From positions 10,797-74,796 of the forward strand of contig CAMCCX010000002.1 of the NCBI GenBank assembly GCA_945873305.1: a stretch of 64,000 nucleotides of DNA, written 5' to 3'. Each line of letters opens with the position of its first letter. Within the stretch, counting starts at the first letter, position 1. This document shows positions 1 to 10,923 of the stretch, in pieces. The notes beneath the pieces are model-generated. The model searched no databases. It saw nothing but the letters and a program-made list of their open reading frames with translations, and was not told the origin of the DNA. The stretch is from Akkermansia muciniphila (GTDB taxonomy: Bacteria; Verrucomicrobiota; Verrucomicrobiia; Verrucomicrobiales; Akkermansiaceae). Position numbers and translations under genes: made by a program.

Positions 1-1582
1 AGTGCTCCAGCCGCTGCGCCGCGTCACGCATCGTGCGGTAGCTGGTGAACAACACGAAGGCCCGCCCGTCGCTCTCTAACACGGACTGGCGGATTCCCTC
101 CGCCAGCAGCTCGTCATAGCGCGGCGTCCCCGGATCGGGCACGGATTTGTAGATGCGGATCTTCATCTGCCGCTGATAGTCGAACGGGCTGCCGATGCAC
201 AGCGCCCGCGCGTTTTCCGCGCCCACCCGGCCTCGGAAATAACCGAGTTTCGGGTCGCCCACGCCGAGCGTCGCGCTCGTCAGCACCAGGCTTTTCTTGG
301 CGGAAAACAACAACGGCCGCAGCTTGTCCGCCACGTTCACCGGCGCGGCGTGGAGGCTGAACTGCTGCTCGTCGCGGCCGCTTTTCTCCACCCAGTAAAC
401 GCTGTCGTCCGTCGCCTGATCGAGGAAAACCCCGATCGACCCGTGCGCCTCGCGCAGCCGCCGCGACGCGTCCTGCAACTCGGAGCGCGTCGTCTCCGAC
501 TCCTCGTCCGCCGCGAGATTGTCGATCTCCAGCCACAAGTTCCGCAACGGCTCGGCCAGTGTGTTAGGCACCACCTCCGTCTCGCGGATTCGGCACTCCT
601 TCGAGAAATTCCCGAACTTCGCCACATCCCCGACCTGATGGAAAAACCGGTCCGCCGCGATCAGCGCGGACTCCACCGCCGTCAACGCCGACGCCCGGCG
701 GAACGCTTTCAGCAGACCCTTGCGCGTCTTCGGGTGATAGAGCCGCTGCAGGTCGAAGCGCAGCCCGGACTGCGACACTCGCAGCCCGAGCTGGATCGCC
801 GCCACCTGCTCGATGGTGTGAGCCTCGTCGAGCACCGCGAAATCGTTAGGAAACAGGAATCCGCCGGTCTTTTTCGCGTCATCCTCGTCCGAAGGCTCGT
901 CGTCGGTATTGAGCAGCGCGAAAAACAAGGTGTGGTTCACCACGATCAGCTTCGCGTCCGCCGCCGCCTTGCGGGCTTCCTGGAAAAAACAATTTCCGCG
1001 AGGTCCGCAGTGGCGCGCCGTGCACAGGTGCGCCTCGCTGCACACTTGCAGCCAGACCTTCATCTGCGGCTGGAAATCCAAATCGCTCAGCGTTCCGTCG
1101 CGGGTTTTTTCCGCCCATTTGGCGATCGCCTCCAGCTCGTCGTTCTCGGTGTTGGTGAAGAGATCCGCCGATTGCTCGAAGGCGCGCCGCAGCCGCAGCG
1201 GGCACAAATAATTCTGCCGCCCCTTCAACAGCACCGCCGGAAGCTCCTCGCCGAGGACTTTCCGGACAATCGGAATATCCTTCCGCACCAGCTGCTCCTG
1301 CAAGTTGATCGTGTGCGTGGAAATGACGCCCTTGCGCCCCGTTTCCAGCGCGAACCGCGCGGCCGGCAGCAGATACGCCAGCGATTTCCCAACCCCGGTC
1401 CCGGCCTCCGCCACCAGCGGATTCGCGCCGATGAGTGCTTCCGCCACCGCCACCGCCAGCTCCTGCTGCTGCGGCCGGTATTCGAAATCCCGGGATTTCG
1501 CCAGCAGGCCTTTCCGTGAAAAAGCCTCCCGCACCGCATCGCTGAATCCGGGGATCGGTTGGCCTTCGGTCATGGAAATCAT
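1..1582 (-). CDS. dinG: DinG/YoaA-family ATP-dependent helicase (runs off window start)
   Basis: Manual minus-strand translation from ATG 1582: MISMTEG...FEYRPQQQELA...LVAEAGTGVGKSLAYL...ISTHTINLQEQL...DEAHTIE (Q-motif, Walker A, DEAH). Not called in the ORF track. Confidence 0.9.
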   Translation of the reverse strand, partial: MISMTEGQPIPGFSDAVREAFSRKGLLAKSRDFEYRPQQQELAVAVAEALIGANPLVAEAGTGVGKSLAYLLPAARFALETGRKGVISTHTINLQEQLVRKDIPIVRKVLGEELPAVLLKGRQNYLCPLRLRRAFEQSADLFTNTENDELEAIAKWAEKTRDGTLSDLDFQPQMKVWLQVCSEAHLCTARHCGPRGNCFFQEARKAAADAKLIVVNHTLFFALLNTDDEPSDEDDAKKTGGFLFPNDFAVLDEAHTIEQVAAIQLGLRVSQSGLRFDLQRLYHPKTRKGLLKAFRRASALTAVESALIAADRFFHQVGDVAKFGNFSKECRIRETEVVPNTLAEPLRNLWLEIDNLAADEESETTRSELQDASRRLREAHGSIGVFLDQATDDSVYWVEKSGRDEQQFSLHAAPVNVADKLRPLLFSAKKSLVLTSATLGVGDPKLGYFRGRVGAENARALCIGSPFDYQRQMKIRIYKSVPDPGTPRYDELLAEGIRQSVLESDGRAFVLFTSYRTMRDAAQRLEH

Positions 1583-1703
1583 CTCCCGGTCATCGCATCC
1601 CGCATCGGCCGTTCTGCCAAGCCGCAACTTCGCGCCGCGCCGCCATAACGCGCTCGACACCCCTCCCCTGCCGCCTCCACTGTCTGCCGCCCGCGGCCGG
1701 TCC

Positions 1704-3071
1704 ATGAATTTTTCCCGCAACCATCTCTTGCGCTTCCTGCTCCCCCTCGCGCTCGCCGCCGGGGGTGCCGCGGTCTGCGCGATGCTCGTCCCCGGAGAAA
1801 CCGCCGCGGTCCAAGAGCAACTCGTCGGCTTCCCGGACTCCGATTTCCAAGCCCATCACGCGCGCCCCCTCATCCTCGCGGGACTCTGTTTTCTACCTGC
1901 GCTCGCCGCTTTCCTCCACGCCCTCGGCGGCACCTTGGACCGCTACATCACCCGCCAGTTCGCCGGGATTTTCGCCATCTGCCTCGGCGCGCTGCTGATG
2001 ATCTGGCTGCTGATGGACATGGCCGACAAGATCGGCGAGTTCCGCGAAACGCAGGACGTCCTGACCACCATCGTCAAATTCTATTCCGCCCGCTCGCCCG
2101 CCGTGCTGCTCCTGTTACTGCCCTACAGCCTGCTGCTCGCGCTGCTCTATGCGCTCGGGAAACTTTCTGGCAGCCGCGAAATCATCGCCATGGTCCAAGC
2201 CGGCCGCAGCGTGATCCGGATCACCCTGCCGCTGATCCTCGCCGGCCTGCTGTTCAGCCTACTCGGACTCGGCCTCAATTACCAATGGGCACCCGCCGCC
2301 GAGAGCAACGTCGATAAAATCCTGGCCGAAGCCAGCGGCAAACAAGCCACCGAGGCCACCCACGTGCTCTATCGAAACGCCGCCAACCGCCGGCTTTGGA
2401 TGATCGGCGCGTTTCCCGAGGACTATCAAAAAGGCGAGCCGCTGCGAGACGTCGAAGTCACCACCACCCGCGCCGACAAGACCTTGGAAAGCCGCCTCTA
2501 CGCCAAGCGCGCCTTCTGGGACCGCGCCAGCCGCCGCTGGACCTTCGAAGAGGCCGTCACCGGAAATTACCCGCCCAAACAAGCGCCGGTTTTCGAAACC
2601 CACGCCGCCCCCGTCACCATCGACGCCTGGAGCGAAACCCCGTGGCAGCTCATCAAGCCCGGCCTCAGCGCCGACCTGCTCGGCATCCCCGACCTCACCA
2701 GCTGGCTCAAAGCCTGGTCCAAAAACGGCCAGTTCGCCGACCCGTCGCCCTACCTCACGCACTGGCACTACCGCTGGGCGCTGCCCTTCGCCTGCATCGT
2801 CACCGTGCTGCTCGCCACCCCGCTGGGCATCCACTTTTCCCGCCGCGGCCCCGGCGGCGGGATCTTCCTCGCCGTGGTCCTCTCCGCGCTGATGATGCTC
2901 TTCTCCAACATCTCCCTCGCGCTCGGGGAATCCGGCACCCTCCGCCCGGAGCACGCCGCCTGGTTCCCCAACATCGCATTCTCCCTGCTCGGACTCTACC
3001 TCTTCCACCGCCGGATCTCCGGCCAACCCATCTACCTGATTCTGCGCCGGCTCATACCCGGCAACGACTAA
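1704..3071 (+). CDS. LptF/LptG-family LPS export permease
   Basis: Multi-TM protein with LDRYI...F, L..LSGSREIIAMVQAGRS, RWALPFACIVTVLLATPLG motifs. ATG at 1704 preferred over the ORF-track start. Confidence 0.85.
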   Translation: MNFSRNHLLRFLLPLALAAGGAAVCAMLVPGETAAVQEQLVGFPDSDFQAHHARPLILAGLCFLPALAAFLHALGGTLDRYITRQFAGIFAICLGALLMIWLLMDMADKIGEFRETQDVLTTIVKFYSARSPAVLLLLLPYSLLLALLYALGKLSGSREIIAMVQAGRSVIRITLPLILAGLLFSLLGLGLNYQWAPAAESNVDKILAEASGKQATEATHVLYRNAANRRLWMIGAFPEDYQKGEPLRDVEVTTTRADKTLESRLYAKRAFWDRASRRWTFEEAVTGNYPPKQAPVFETHAAPVTIDAWSETPWQLIKPGLSADLLGIPDLTSWLKAWSKNGQFADPSPYLTHWHYRWALPFACIVTVLLATPLGIHFSRRGPGGGIFLAVVLSALMMLFSNISLALGESGTLRPEHAAWFPNIAFSLLGLYLFHRRISGQPIYLILRRLIPGND

Positions 3072-3084
3072 CCACCCCGCTCCC

Positions 3085-3690
3085 ATGGCTATTGCAGAAC
3101 CCTGGCATGTCCGCTCCCGCGGCCGCGAATGCGCCGCCGCCCAGCGCCCCTTCGTCGATGGCGAAATCATCGTCACCGCCCTCTTCCCCGACCCCGAATC
3201 CAGCGGCTACCTCCGCCGCGACTACTGCGTGGATGGCTGGGCGACCTATCAGGAAACCGGCGACAAGCCCTTCTCATTCTGGCGCACCACCTACACCGCC
3301 GTCCAAAACAACGATGCCGCCATCGCCGCGGAAAAACTCAGCGCCGAGGAAATCCTCCAGCGCCTCGTCGAAGAAGACGAGGACCACACCGAAAACGCCC
3401 GCTTCATCCTCGCCGTCATGCTGGAGCGCCAGAAACTCCTCCGCGAGACCGACAGCCAGCGCACCCCCTCCGGCATCCTCCGCGTTTACGAACACCGCAA
3501 AACCGGCGAGGTCTTCATCGTCAAAGACCCCGACATCCCCCTCAGCCAAGTCGAAGCCGTCCAAAACGAAGTCTTCATCCTCCTCGAAAACAACGGCCGC
3601 ACCCCGAGCCCCGAGGAAGCCGAAATTCCGGAACAACCCGAAGAAACGCCCGCGGAATCGACCGCCGAGGAAGCCGCTCCCGAAGCCTGA
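3085..3690 (+). CDS. Conserved hypothetical protein (Cys-containing N-terminus, acidic tail)
   Basis: Clean ORF directly after the lptF/G-like gene, genome-typical codon usage; no function recognised. Confidence 0.7.
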   Translation: MAIAEPWHVRSRGRECAAAQRPFVDGEIIVTALFPDPESSGYLRRDYCVDGWATYQETGDKPFSFWRTTYTAVQNNDAAIAAEKLSAEEILQRLVEEDEDHTENARFILAVMLERQKLLRETDSQRTPSGILRVYEHRKTGEVFIVKDPDIPLSQVEAVQNEVFILLENNGRTPSPEEAEIPEQPEETPAESTAEEAAPEA

Positions 3691-3700
3691 TCCCAAAAAC

Positions 3701-3825
3701 GAATGTGTCCCGGCTGTCTCGGCCGGTCTTCGGGCCTCCCGCTCCGGCTGGCAAAGTGCCCTGCAAAGTCCGTACGACCACGCCTCACACCAAGATATCC
3801 CGGCTGAGACAGCCGAGACACATTC
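3701..3825. repeat. REP-like double-hairpin element, copy 1
   Basis: Arms GAATGTGTCCCGGCTGTCTCGGCCGG (3701-3726) and CCGGCTGAGACAGCCGAGACACATTC (3800-3825) form an inverted repeat with 2 mismatches; lies between convergent genes. Confidence 0.8.
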
Positions 3826-3837
3826 CCTCCTCCGCAC

Positions 3838-6800
3838 TCAGGACGACGGACCGATCTGGATGAAGAGTCGCTGCTCGGCTCCGGCTGGCAGGTCCGCGGT
3901 GGGAATCAGAATGGACGTCTCGGTGGCGGGCCAGTCGGCGGCTTTGAAAATCCCGACATCCGTCCAGCCGCCCAGATCGCCCGACACCCGGACTTGATAA
4001 TCGCGGCCGGGGACGGTCTGGATGAGGGCGGATGCGCCAGCCGCCGCGGGAGCCACATGGAGTGTTTTCATCACGCTCGTCCGGTCCATCGGACTGGTGC
4101 CTGCCTGATATTCCGCGAGGTCGTTCATCCCGTCGCCATCACTATCCAGAGTGGCGGAGAGCGGGTTGAGGCCGGGAGCGAAGGCGAGTTCCCACGAATC
4201 CTTGAGTCCATCTCCATCCTCGTCCTCCTTGCCGCCGAAACCGAGTGTGATCGAGAACAGGTATTCCCGCTGGAAGTCGGGATCGAGCGGATAACGGAAT
4301 GGAACCACCGGCGCTTGGCCGAGTTCCAGCGTGGCTCCCCGGTACTCGTCGTCATAGCGATAGAAGATGCGGTCCGCACCACCCGGGACGTCAGGCGGAT
4401 AAATAAAGCTCACCGCGCCATTCCCCGCTCCGGGCGTCCCGTCCGGCCGGGAGTCCACAAACCCCGGGGCGATGGTTTCGCCGGGAGCCACCGCGATGAT
4501 CGCGGGCGCGGCGGAGAAGGGCAGATCGTTGTTTCCGACGACATAGCTGGTTTGCGGATCGCCGATCGCAAGCAGGGTGAAATTTCCCGGACTGTTGATG
4601 CGGACGATGAAGGGCGTCAACGGATCGGTGACCCGCCCCGCATGAAAACGGAAGCGATCCACGCTGATGGTGAGCGTGGTGCTGCCGCTGTTGGTGAATG
4701 ACTCGGCTAGATTGATGGCGAAGTTAGAATTCGCCCCGTCCTGAATGAGGTATCCCGGCTGTTCGAGCCGGTTGCCCAGTTGGAGCGAGGAAATGATGTA
4801 GCTGACCGCGAAGTGATAGTCGCGCGCCTGGCTGGCGATGAGGTTGGTCCCCGCGTTGGGAGCAAGTCCGAGCGCGACGGAACCGGCGTCAGATTCCGCA
4901 AGGCCGCCGCCGTGCCAGACCGAGGCGCCGCCATCGGTCCAAGCAATCACTTCCACGCCGCTCCCGCCGCTGCCGTTAGGATTGGCATCGATGAATCCGG
5001 GGGCGATCGACTCGCCCGGCAGCAAGGTGACGCTCATCGGAGTGTCGGAAAATGCGACATTGTTAGCGCCAACCGAATAACCGCTGCGGGTCCCGCCGAT
5101 GGCGACGACGGTGAAATTTCCCGCGGTGCCGACTCTCACGACGAAAGGCGTGACCGGGTCTCCGGCGAGGTTCGTGTGGAACGAAAAGCGGTCCAGCAGC
5201 ACGGTGACCGGGCTGGCCTCGTTGTTGGTGAAAACGGCGTTTTTCTGGACGACGATGTTCGCGTTCCAGAAGTCGCCGCCCACCGCGGCCGTCGGTGCGC
5301 CGGGGATGCCGAGATCGCCGCCGCCAAAGAAGCTCTGCGACTTGGTGCACGAGTCGGCGTTCATCGAGAGAATCCAGTTAGCCACCCTTGCGACGGAGGC
5401 GTAATCGACCGGACCGCGGGCGATCGGCGGCATCACGATGGCCGAGCCGTGCGCGCTCATGCGCTGGAAGAGCACGGAGTTGTCCAAACTGCCGGGCTTG
5501 ATCACCGCGGGCGCGGGCAGGCCGAGACCCTCGATCAAAGGCCCGCAGACGAGCGACTGGTTCGTCAGCGGCGTGGTGAAACGGGCGTCGAAGAACGCGC
5601 GGGAACTCCCGTCCGGCTGATGGCAGTGCGAGCAGTTGCTGTCGAGGTAGGAGCGGACGTATTTCTCGTCGGATAGATCCGGATCGCGGATGTCGCCGGA
5701 AGTGATCACCCCGGCGAGGTCCGCGGCCTTGAGATTTCTCGGAATGAAACCGGCCGCACTGAACGATTCGATCTGGTTGGCGGTGACGCCGCCCGGATAG
5801 GTCAGGCTGCGGTTGAGCTGGCGGGTGCGGAATCCGAGCACCGGCCCGCTGCCTGCCTGATGGCACTGATTGCACTGGCTGCGCGACGGATAGAGATAGT
5901 CGGAGGTTTGTCCGTCGAGCGTCAGCGGCTCGGTGAGGCCGTCCTCGATCAGGTCCGCCTCGGCGCCGCCGGGACGCCATTTGTAGGTCACGCCGCCCCA
6001 GCCGTCGTTGCCGTGGACGAAGAGCCGCGTCTCAAGCGGCGCGTCGTTGTCCGGGCGGGCGAAGTGCTTGACGAACACGGTGCCGACCGGGAACTGCCAG
6101 GCTTGATTCTCGTTATAAGCGATTTGTTCGCCTGCCGTGTTAGGAACGCCGTCGTTGGGAATCATCACCCAGCGCTTCTTCGAAAGCCCGGACGACCAGA
6201 GCGGCATGTTGACGTCGTAGGGGACCATGCCTTGCGCGGGCGTGAGCGCGGCGAGGTCCGAGAAAACCCCGGTTTGGGAAAGCAGCGGCGGGTATTCCCA
6301 GGTCTCGCCGCTGACGGTGCCGGCGCGCTTGATCCGGGAAATCTTACCGCCGCCCGCGGAACCGACCCCAAACGAGCTGATGCCATTCCAGATCGTGCCC
6401 GCGCGGCCCTGGCCGATCTGCGTCACGGAAAGCGTGGTCTTGGTGACGGGATCGTATTCCAGCGCATAGTAGAGCTGGGTGCTGTTATCCCCGAAGATGT
6501 ATTTTCCGGCGAGCTCGGGAATCGCCGTGCCGCGGTAAACATAGCCGCCGATGATGCAATTTCCCTGGGTGTGATCGAATTGATAGACCGGCCCGCGCTC
6601 GGTGCCTATCAGAGGCTCGGGCTTGGCGCGAATGCCGTCAGCGTCGCCCTCCTTATAGTTCCACTGGAAATTGAGGCCCGGCTGGTCCATCACGTCCACT
6701 TCCTCCCATTTCGCCGCGCCCACGTCGCCGATCCAGAAGCGGTCGCCCACCGCGTCATAAGTCATCCGGTGCGGCTCGCGCAGGCCGATGGCGTAGTATT

Positions 6801-8577
6801 CCTCGAGCGCTCCCGCCAAGCCACTCCATGGATTGTCATTCGGAATATAATAACCCTGGGTATAAGTGTGATCGATGGTGTTGACGTTGATTTCACCCGC
6901 CTGCAACGGTGGCTCGGCGGGCTGTTTGACGATCGGATGACTGACCGCACCTCCTTGCATGTCCACGTCCATCCGCCAGACGCCGGAGCGCGCGCGGTCG
7001 TCGATTTTCTGGGTGTGCGGGGTGGAATCGGCATTTTCAGTGCCCTCATCGCCCAGGCTCAGATAGAGGAAACCGTCGCCGCCAAAAACCAGTCCGCCGC
7101 CGTCGTGGCCCTTGGCGGTGTCGAACTGCTGGATCAGGATCAACTCGCTGGCAGGGTCGAAAGTCGAGGTCACGGAATTCCAAGTGAAGCGCGAGAGCCG
7201 GGCGTAATAAGGGTTGTTCGAATCAACCAACGCGTCCGGACTGTCGTTCGGATGATAGAGATAATAAACGTAGAGATAATTCTTGTCCGCGCTCTGCCCG
7301 AATTGCGGGTGGAAGGCGCAGCCGAGGATGCCGCCGTGTTTGTGGGTCGGGGCGCCCTGGTCCCAGTTCATGTACCAGACGCGGTCGCGGATATCGAGGG
7401 CGGTGACGAGTTGCGCGGGAGTCGCGGCGTCGTTGTCCGGCAGCCGGAAGATCCGGCCGTCCATTTCAGCGACCATGATTTCACTGGCAGATCCGGGCCA
7501 TGGCAGGGCGGCGATCGGCGATTCCCAGCTCAAGTTAGGGAATGCGGCGACCGTATCCACCTCGGTGGGAACGATGGAGCGCGTGGGAAGTTTTCCATTT
7601 GAAAAGGGCGCGACGGGCTTGGCTCCACCGAAGCCGGCGACGCCCTCGGTGTAGGGGCGGAGCGAGATCGCGCTCGTCGTCGGGAAATCCGAGGGCACGG
7701 CAGCGCCCGGATCTTTTTGGGCGCACCATTTCAGCGCGCGGACCAGCGTTTCCTGAAACGCGGCGCAGCGCATGCCTTCGGGTGCCGCCTGGTCCGACCA
7801 GATGTGGCCGTAGGTCGAGGCGTAAACGCGGCCGGTTCCGTAAGCTACGGTCCACTCGACCGGATGCTGGAGCGCGGGCTGGCCTTCCGGATCAGGGTCG
7901 GTGGCGTACGACAGGATCGTCACTTTTCCCGCTAGATCCGGAGCGATCCCACGGGGGAAACGCACGACCTCCAAATCGGCGGCGAACCACGAGTCCGGCA
8001 GGCCCGCGTGGATCGGATGGACGGCGGGCAGGCCGTGGCGTTTGACCAGCACGTTGGCGCGGGCGCCGTGACCGGTGGACTGGCCGGAGCCGGGAGAATG
8101 AACGAACAGCGAGTCGTCCGGGTTCACCGTGAAGGCGGTGCCGGTAGTGGCATTGTGCCACGTGAGACCGACGATTTCCTGATATTCCTGCCAGTTGGTG
8201 AAGGCTTGGTTCGCCTCGTGAAACGCATAAAATCCGCCGCCGCCGTTGACGTAGGCGGCGAAGGCGGCTTGGACGGCGGCCGGCTAGGACGCGCCTCCGG
8301 CGGCGTTGCTGTAGCCCGAGAGGACGACGTCATAGCTGGAGAAATTGGGATTCCACGCCGCCCACTCCGGGCTGGCGTCATCCTGCGGCACGAGGGACAC
8401 GTCCATTTCAAACGAGCCGTCGCGCGAGAGAATCGACCTGAAATTCTCGATACGCCGCTGCCAGTCATGATTGCTGGCTCCCTCGATGACGAGGACCTTG
8501 GTCGGGGCCGCGCCGCCTATTCCTGATAGGAAAAGGACGGCTAAAATCGACAAAGTGAAGTGTTTGGGGAGATTCAT
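3838..8577 (-). pseudogene. Large secreted multidomain protein (ThuA-like + glucose/sorbosone dehydrogenase propeller + diheme cytochrome c + tandem beta domains + Ca-binding/C-terminal domain) interrupted by one in-frame TAG at 8284-8286
   Basis: ORF-track pieces 8284..8598 and 3838..8127 share a frame, and the sequence between them reads GGAS*PAAVQAAFAAYVNGGGGFYAFHEAN. Signal peptide from ATG 8577, GLREPHRMTYD (GSDH), CNQCH and CSHCH heme motifs, DEDGDG/DSDGDG repeats. Confidence 0.75.
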
Positions 8578-8716
8578 AAAACGGGGGGATTGACGCACAG
8601 CATCTGCCGTGCCGGGATGGTGTGGAGCGGAGACAGCCCGACACGATCTCGGAGAAAATCATAAACCCCGAGGATCGCGGTGCAAGATGTTGGAGCTACG
8701 CAATCGCGTAAGGCGC

Positions 8717-9271
8717 CTAACGCAAACCAGCCGCGATGTCCCCCGCAAGGCGGGAGAGCAGACGGGACTGGGCGGCGACCATCGCGGCGTAGCCGTCGGC
8801 CGCCAGCGGTTCGCGGCCCACGAAGGTGCGGGAGGCTTTCAACTTCCGGTCGGGCAGCGAATAAGCGCGCCAGCCCGCCTCGATGACCGCGTAGCCGTCC
8901 GCCTCGCTGTGGAGCTGGCGGATGTCGAGCGTGACCTGATAGTCGATTTCCTCGTCGCGCTGCCATGGATAGGTGCGGACGTTTCCGGTTTTCATCTCGC
9001 GGCCGAGGTTGGCGGCGGTGACGCGGGCGATGGACGCGGATAAATCGCCGGCCCAGCGGTTGTCCTCGGAGACGGCGAGCTGGTTAGGAGCTTGCTGGAC
9101 CACCAGGTTCGGGCGGTCGATGTATTCCGCAAGGGTGACCGGTCCGACGCCGATGCCAATGCCGCCGCCCGAGGGCGCGGGGCCGTTGGCGGTTAGGACG
9201 TAGAAACTTTTACCGGGCTGCGCGCAACCGGAGATCAGCAGCGCGGCGAGGAGAATGAAGAATCGATTCAT
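8717..9271 (-). CDS. pqiC: PqiC-family lipoprotein
   Basis: Lipobox LISGC, GVGPVTLAEYIDRP, RWAGDL motifs; last gene of the pqi operon. Confidence 0.85.
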   Translation of the reverse strand: MNRFFILLAALLISGCAQPGKSFYVLTANGPAPSGGGIGIGVGPVTLAEYIDRPNLVVQQAPNQLAVSEDNRWAGDLSASIARVTAANLGREMKTGNVRTYPWQRDEEIDYQVTLDIRQLHSEADGYAVIEAGWRAYSLPDRKLKASRTFVGREPLAADGYAAMVAAQSRLLSRLAGDIAAGLR

Positions 9272-9285
9272 GGTGGAATGAAAAT

Positions 9286-10923
9286 TTAGCGACCTGGCTT
9301 GGGGGCTTTGGGGATGGAATTACCCGACTTGTCCTTGCCGAAGATCAGCGAGTTAGGTTTTTCTTCGAGGGTGTTGGTCACCCCCTTGATGGATCTCAGG
9401 GCAGCGCGGAGTTCATCGAGAGTGCGGAGCAAATCGCCTTGGATCGCGCCGTCCGGGCCGACGCTGGAGACGGATTTTTCAAGCGCGCCCATCGTGCTTC
9501 TCAAGTCTGCGGGAAGGCTGGCGAATTCCTCGGAATCCAGCGTCTTGCGGGCGGCGGCGATGGTGGCGGTCGCCTCCTCGGCCAGCGTGTCGATTTTCTT
9601 CATGGTGTCCTCAAGCGGCAGGGCCTGAACCTTGTCGAGGATGGCGGTGAGCTTGGCTTCCAACTGGGCGAGACCCGAGGAAACCGTCGGAATGGACGGA
9701 TAATCGCCGGTTTTCGTTATCTCGGCAGGCAGTGGCTCCTTGTAGTAATCAAGGTCCACGAACAGTGCGCCGGTGAGCAGGCTGCCGGTTTTCAAAGCGG
9801 CGCGCAGGCCTCGGGCGACGGCGTCCTTGAGGAACTCGTCGTCAGGCTTGCTGATTTTCTCGGCCGCTTCCCGCCGCAACAGGGAAGGATCGATTTCTAC
9901 CAGCACGGGAATCCGCGAGTCGGCGGCGGACGTTAGGTAATCGAAGGAAATATCCGCGACGCGGCCGATGGGAATGCCACGAAATTCCACCGGGGCCGCC
10001 TTGACCAGCCCGCGGACCGATTGATCGAAGAGCAGGACGAACTTCATGGTGGGATTGAAGGTGGATTTGTTAGCCTCGTCCTCGTCGGAGAAAAGGGTGA
10101 AAGTCGCGCCATCGGTCGCAAGAGTCCCGGGAGCCACGCCTTCGGGCACGCCGAAGGTCGCGCCGCCGGAGACCATCGCCTGGAACGAAGGAGTCCGGAC
10201 TTTGAAACCGTCCGCCCCGGCGCTGATGTCGATGCCGCTGGTGTTCCAGAAACGGGTGTTAGTCTTCACGAGAGAGCTGTATTCCTGTCTGACGAAGGCA
10301 TCGTAGGTGACGCGTTGGCCTTCGGGATCGAGCTTACGGTTTTCAATCCGGCCGACTTCAAAGCCGCGATAATAAATCGGCGAGCCCGCCGTGAGCGAGC
10401 CCGCTTCCTCGGCGGTGAGGACGAGGCGACGCCCGGGGATGTCGCGATTGGTTGGCAGCGGCGTTTCCAAGCCTTTGAAGTGATTGATCTCGTCGCTGTC
10501 CGCGGGACCGGGATCGAGCTCGATGTAGGCGCCGGTGATCAGGGTTCCGAGGCCCGAGATATCCGTGGTGGAGACCCGCGGCCGCACGACCCAGAAATTC
10601 GACCCGCCGCGCAGCAAGCGGCCGGAATCCGGATTGAGCTCAAGCCGCACGACGACCGATTTCAAATCCTCCGCCAAAGTGACTTCTTTGACGAAACCGA
10701 CCCGGACCGAACGGCAGCGGACTTCCGTTTTCTCCGCGCCGATTCCGTCCGCCGTGTCGAAGCGCACATACGCGACCGGGCCCTGCGCGCTGACGCTGCG
10801 GTAAATCATCCAGCCGCCGATCACGAGGGCCAGAATGGGAACCACCCAGACGATATTCCAACGTTGCGCGGCCCGCAATTCCGGTGTGGCGGCGGGTGGT
10901 GATGTCGTTTCCGGTTCGCTCAA
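9286..10923 (-). CDS. pqiB: PqiB (MlaD/MCE-domain) intermembrane transport protein
   Basis: WVVPILALVIGGW anchor, three MCE-like repeats (FWVVRPRVS, GSPIYYRGFEVG, APVEFRGIPIG). Confidence 0.9.
   Translation of the reverse strand: MSEPETTSPPAATPELRAAQRWNIVWVVPILALVIGGWMIYRSVSAQGPVAYVRFDTADGIGAEKTEVRCRSVRVGFVKEVTLAEDLKSVVVRLELNPDSGRLLRGGSNFWVVRPRVSTTDISGLGTLITGAYIELDPGPADSDEINHFKGLETPLPTNRDIPGRRLVLTAEEAGSLTAGSPIYYRGFEVGRIENRKLDPEGQRVTYDAFVRQEYSSLVKTNTRFWNTSGIDISAGADGFKVRTPSFQAMVSGGATFGVPEGVAPGTLATDGATFTLFSDEDEANKSTFNPTMKFVLLFDQSVRGLVKAAPVEFRGIPIGRVADISFDYLTSAADSRIPVLVEIDPSLLRREAAEKISKPDDEFLKDAVARGLRAALKTGSLLTGALFVDLDYYKEPLPAEITKTGDYPSIPTVSSGLAQLEAKLTAILDKVQALPLEDTMKKIDTLAEEATATIAAARKTLDSEEFASLPADLRSTMGALEKSVSSVGPDGAIQGDLLRTLDELRAALRSIKGVTNTLEEKPNSLIFGKDKSGNSIPKAPKPGR

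Noticed and set aside
3701-3825. REP-like repeats as integron attC sites
   Set aside because: No RYYYAAC/GTTRRRY ends, no cassette-like array and no integrase.
8284-8286. Genetic-code reassignment or pyrrolysine
   Set aside because: Only one in-frame TAG noticed, no pyl genes, and the Trp context favours a point mutation.
8630-8644. Possible fourth REP-like arm (GAGACAGCCCGACAC), and a partial one near 13223
   Set aside because: Partial matches with no partner arm.
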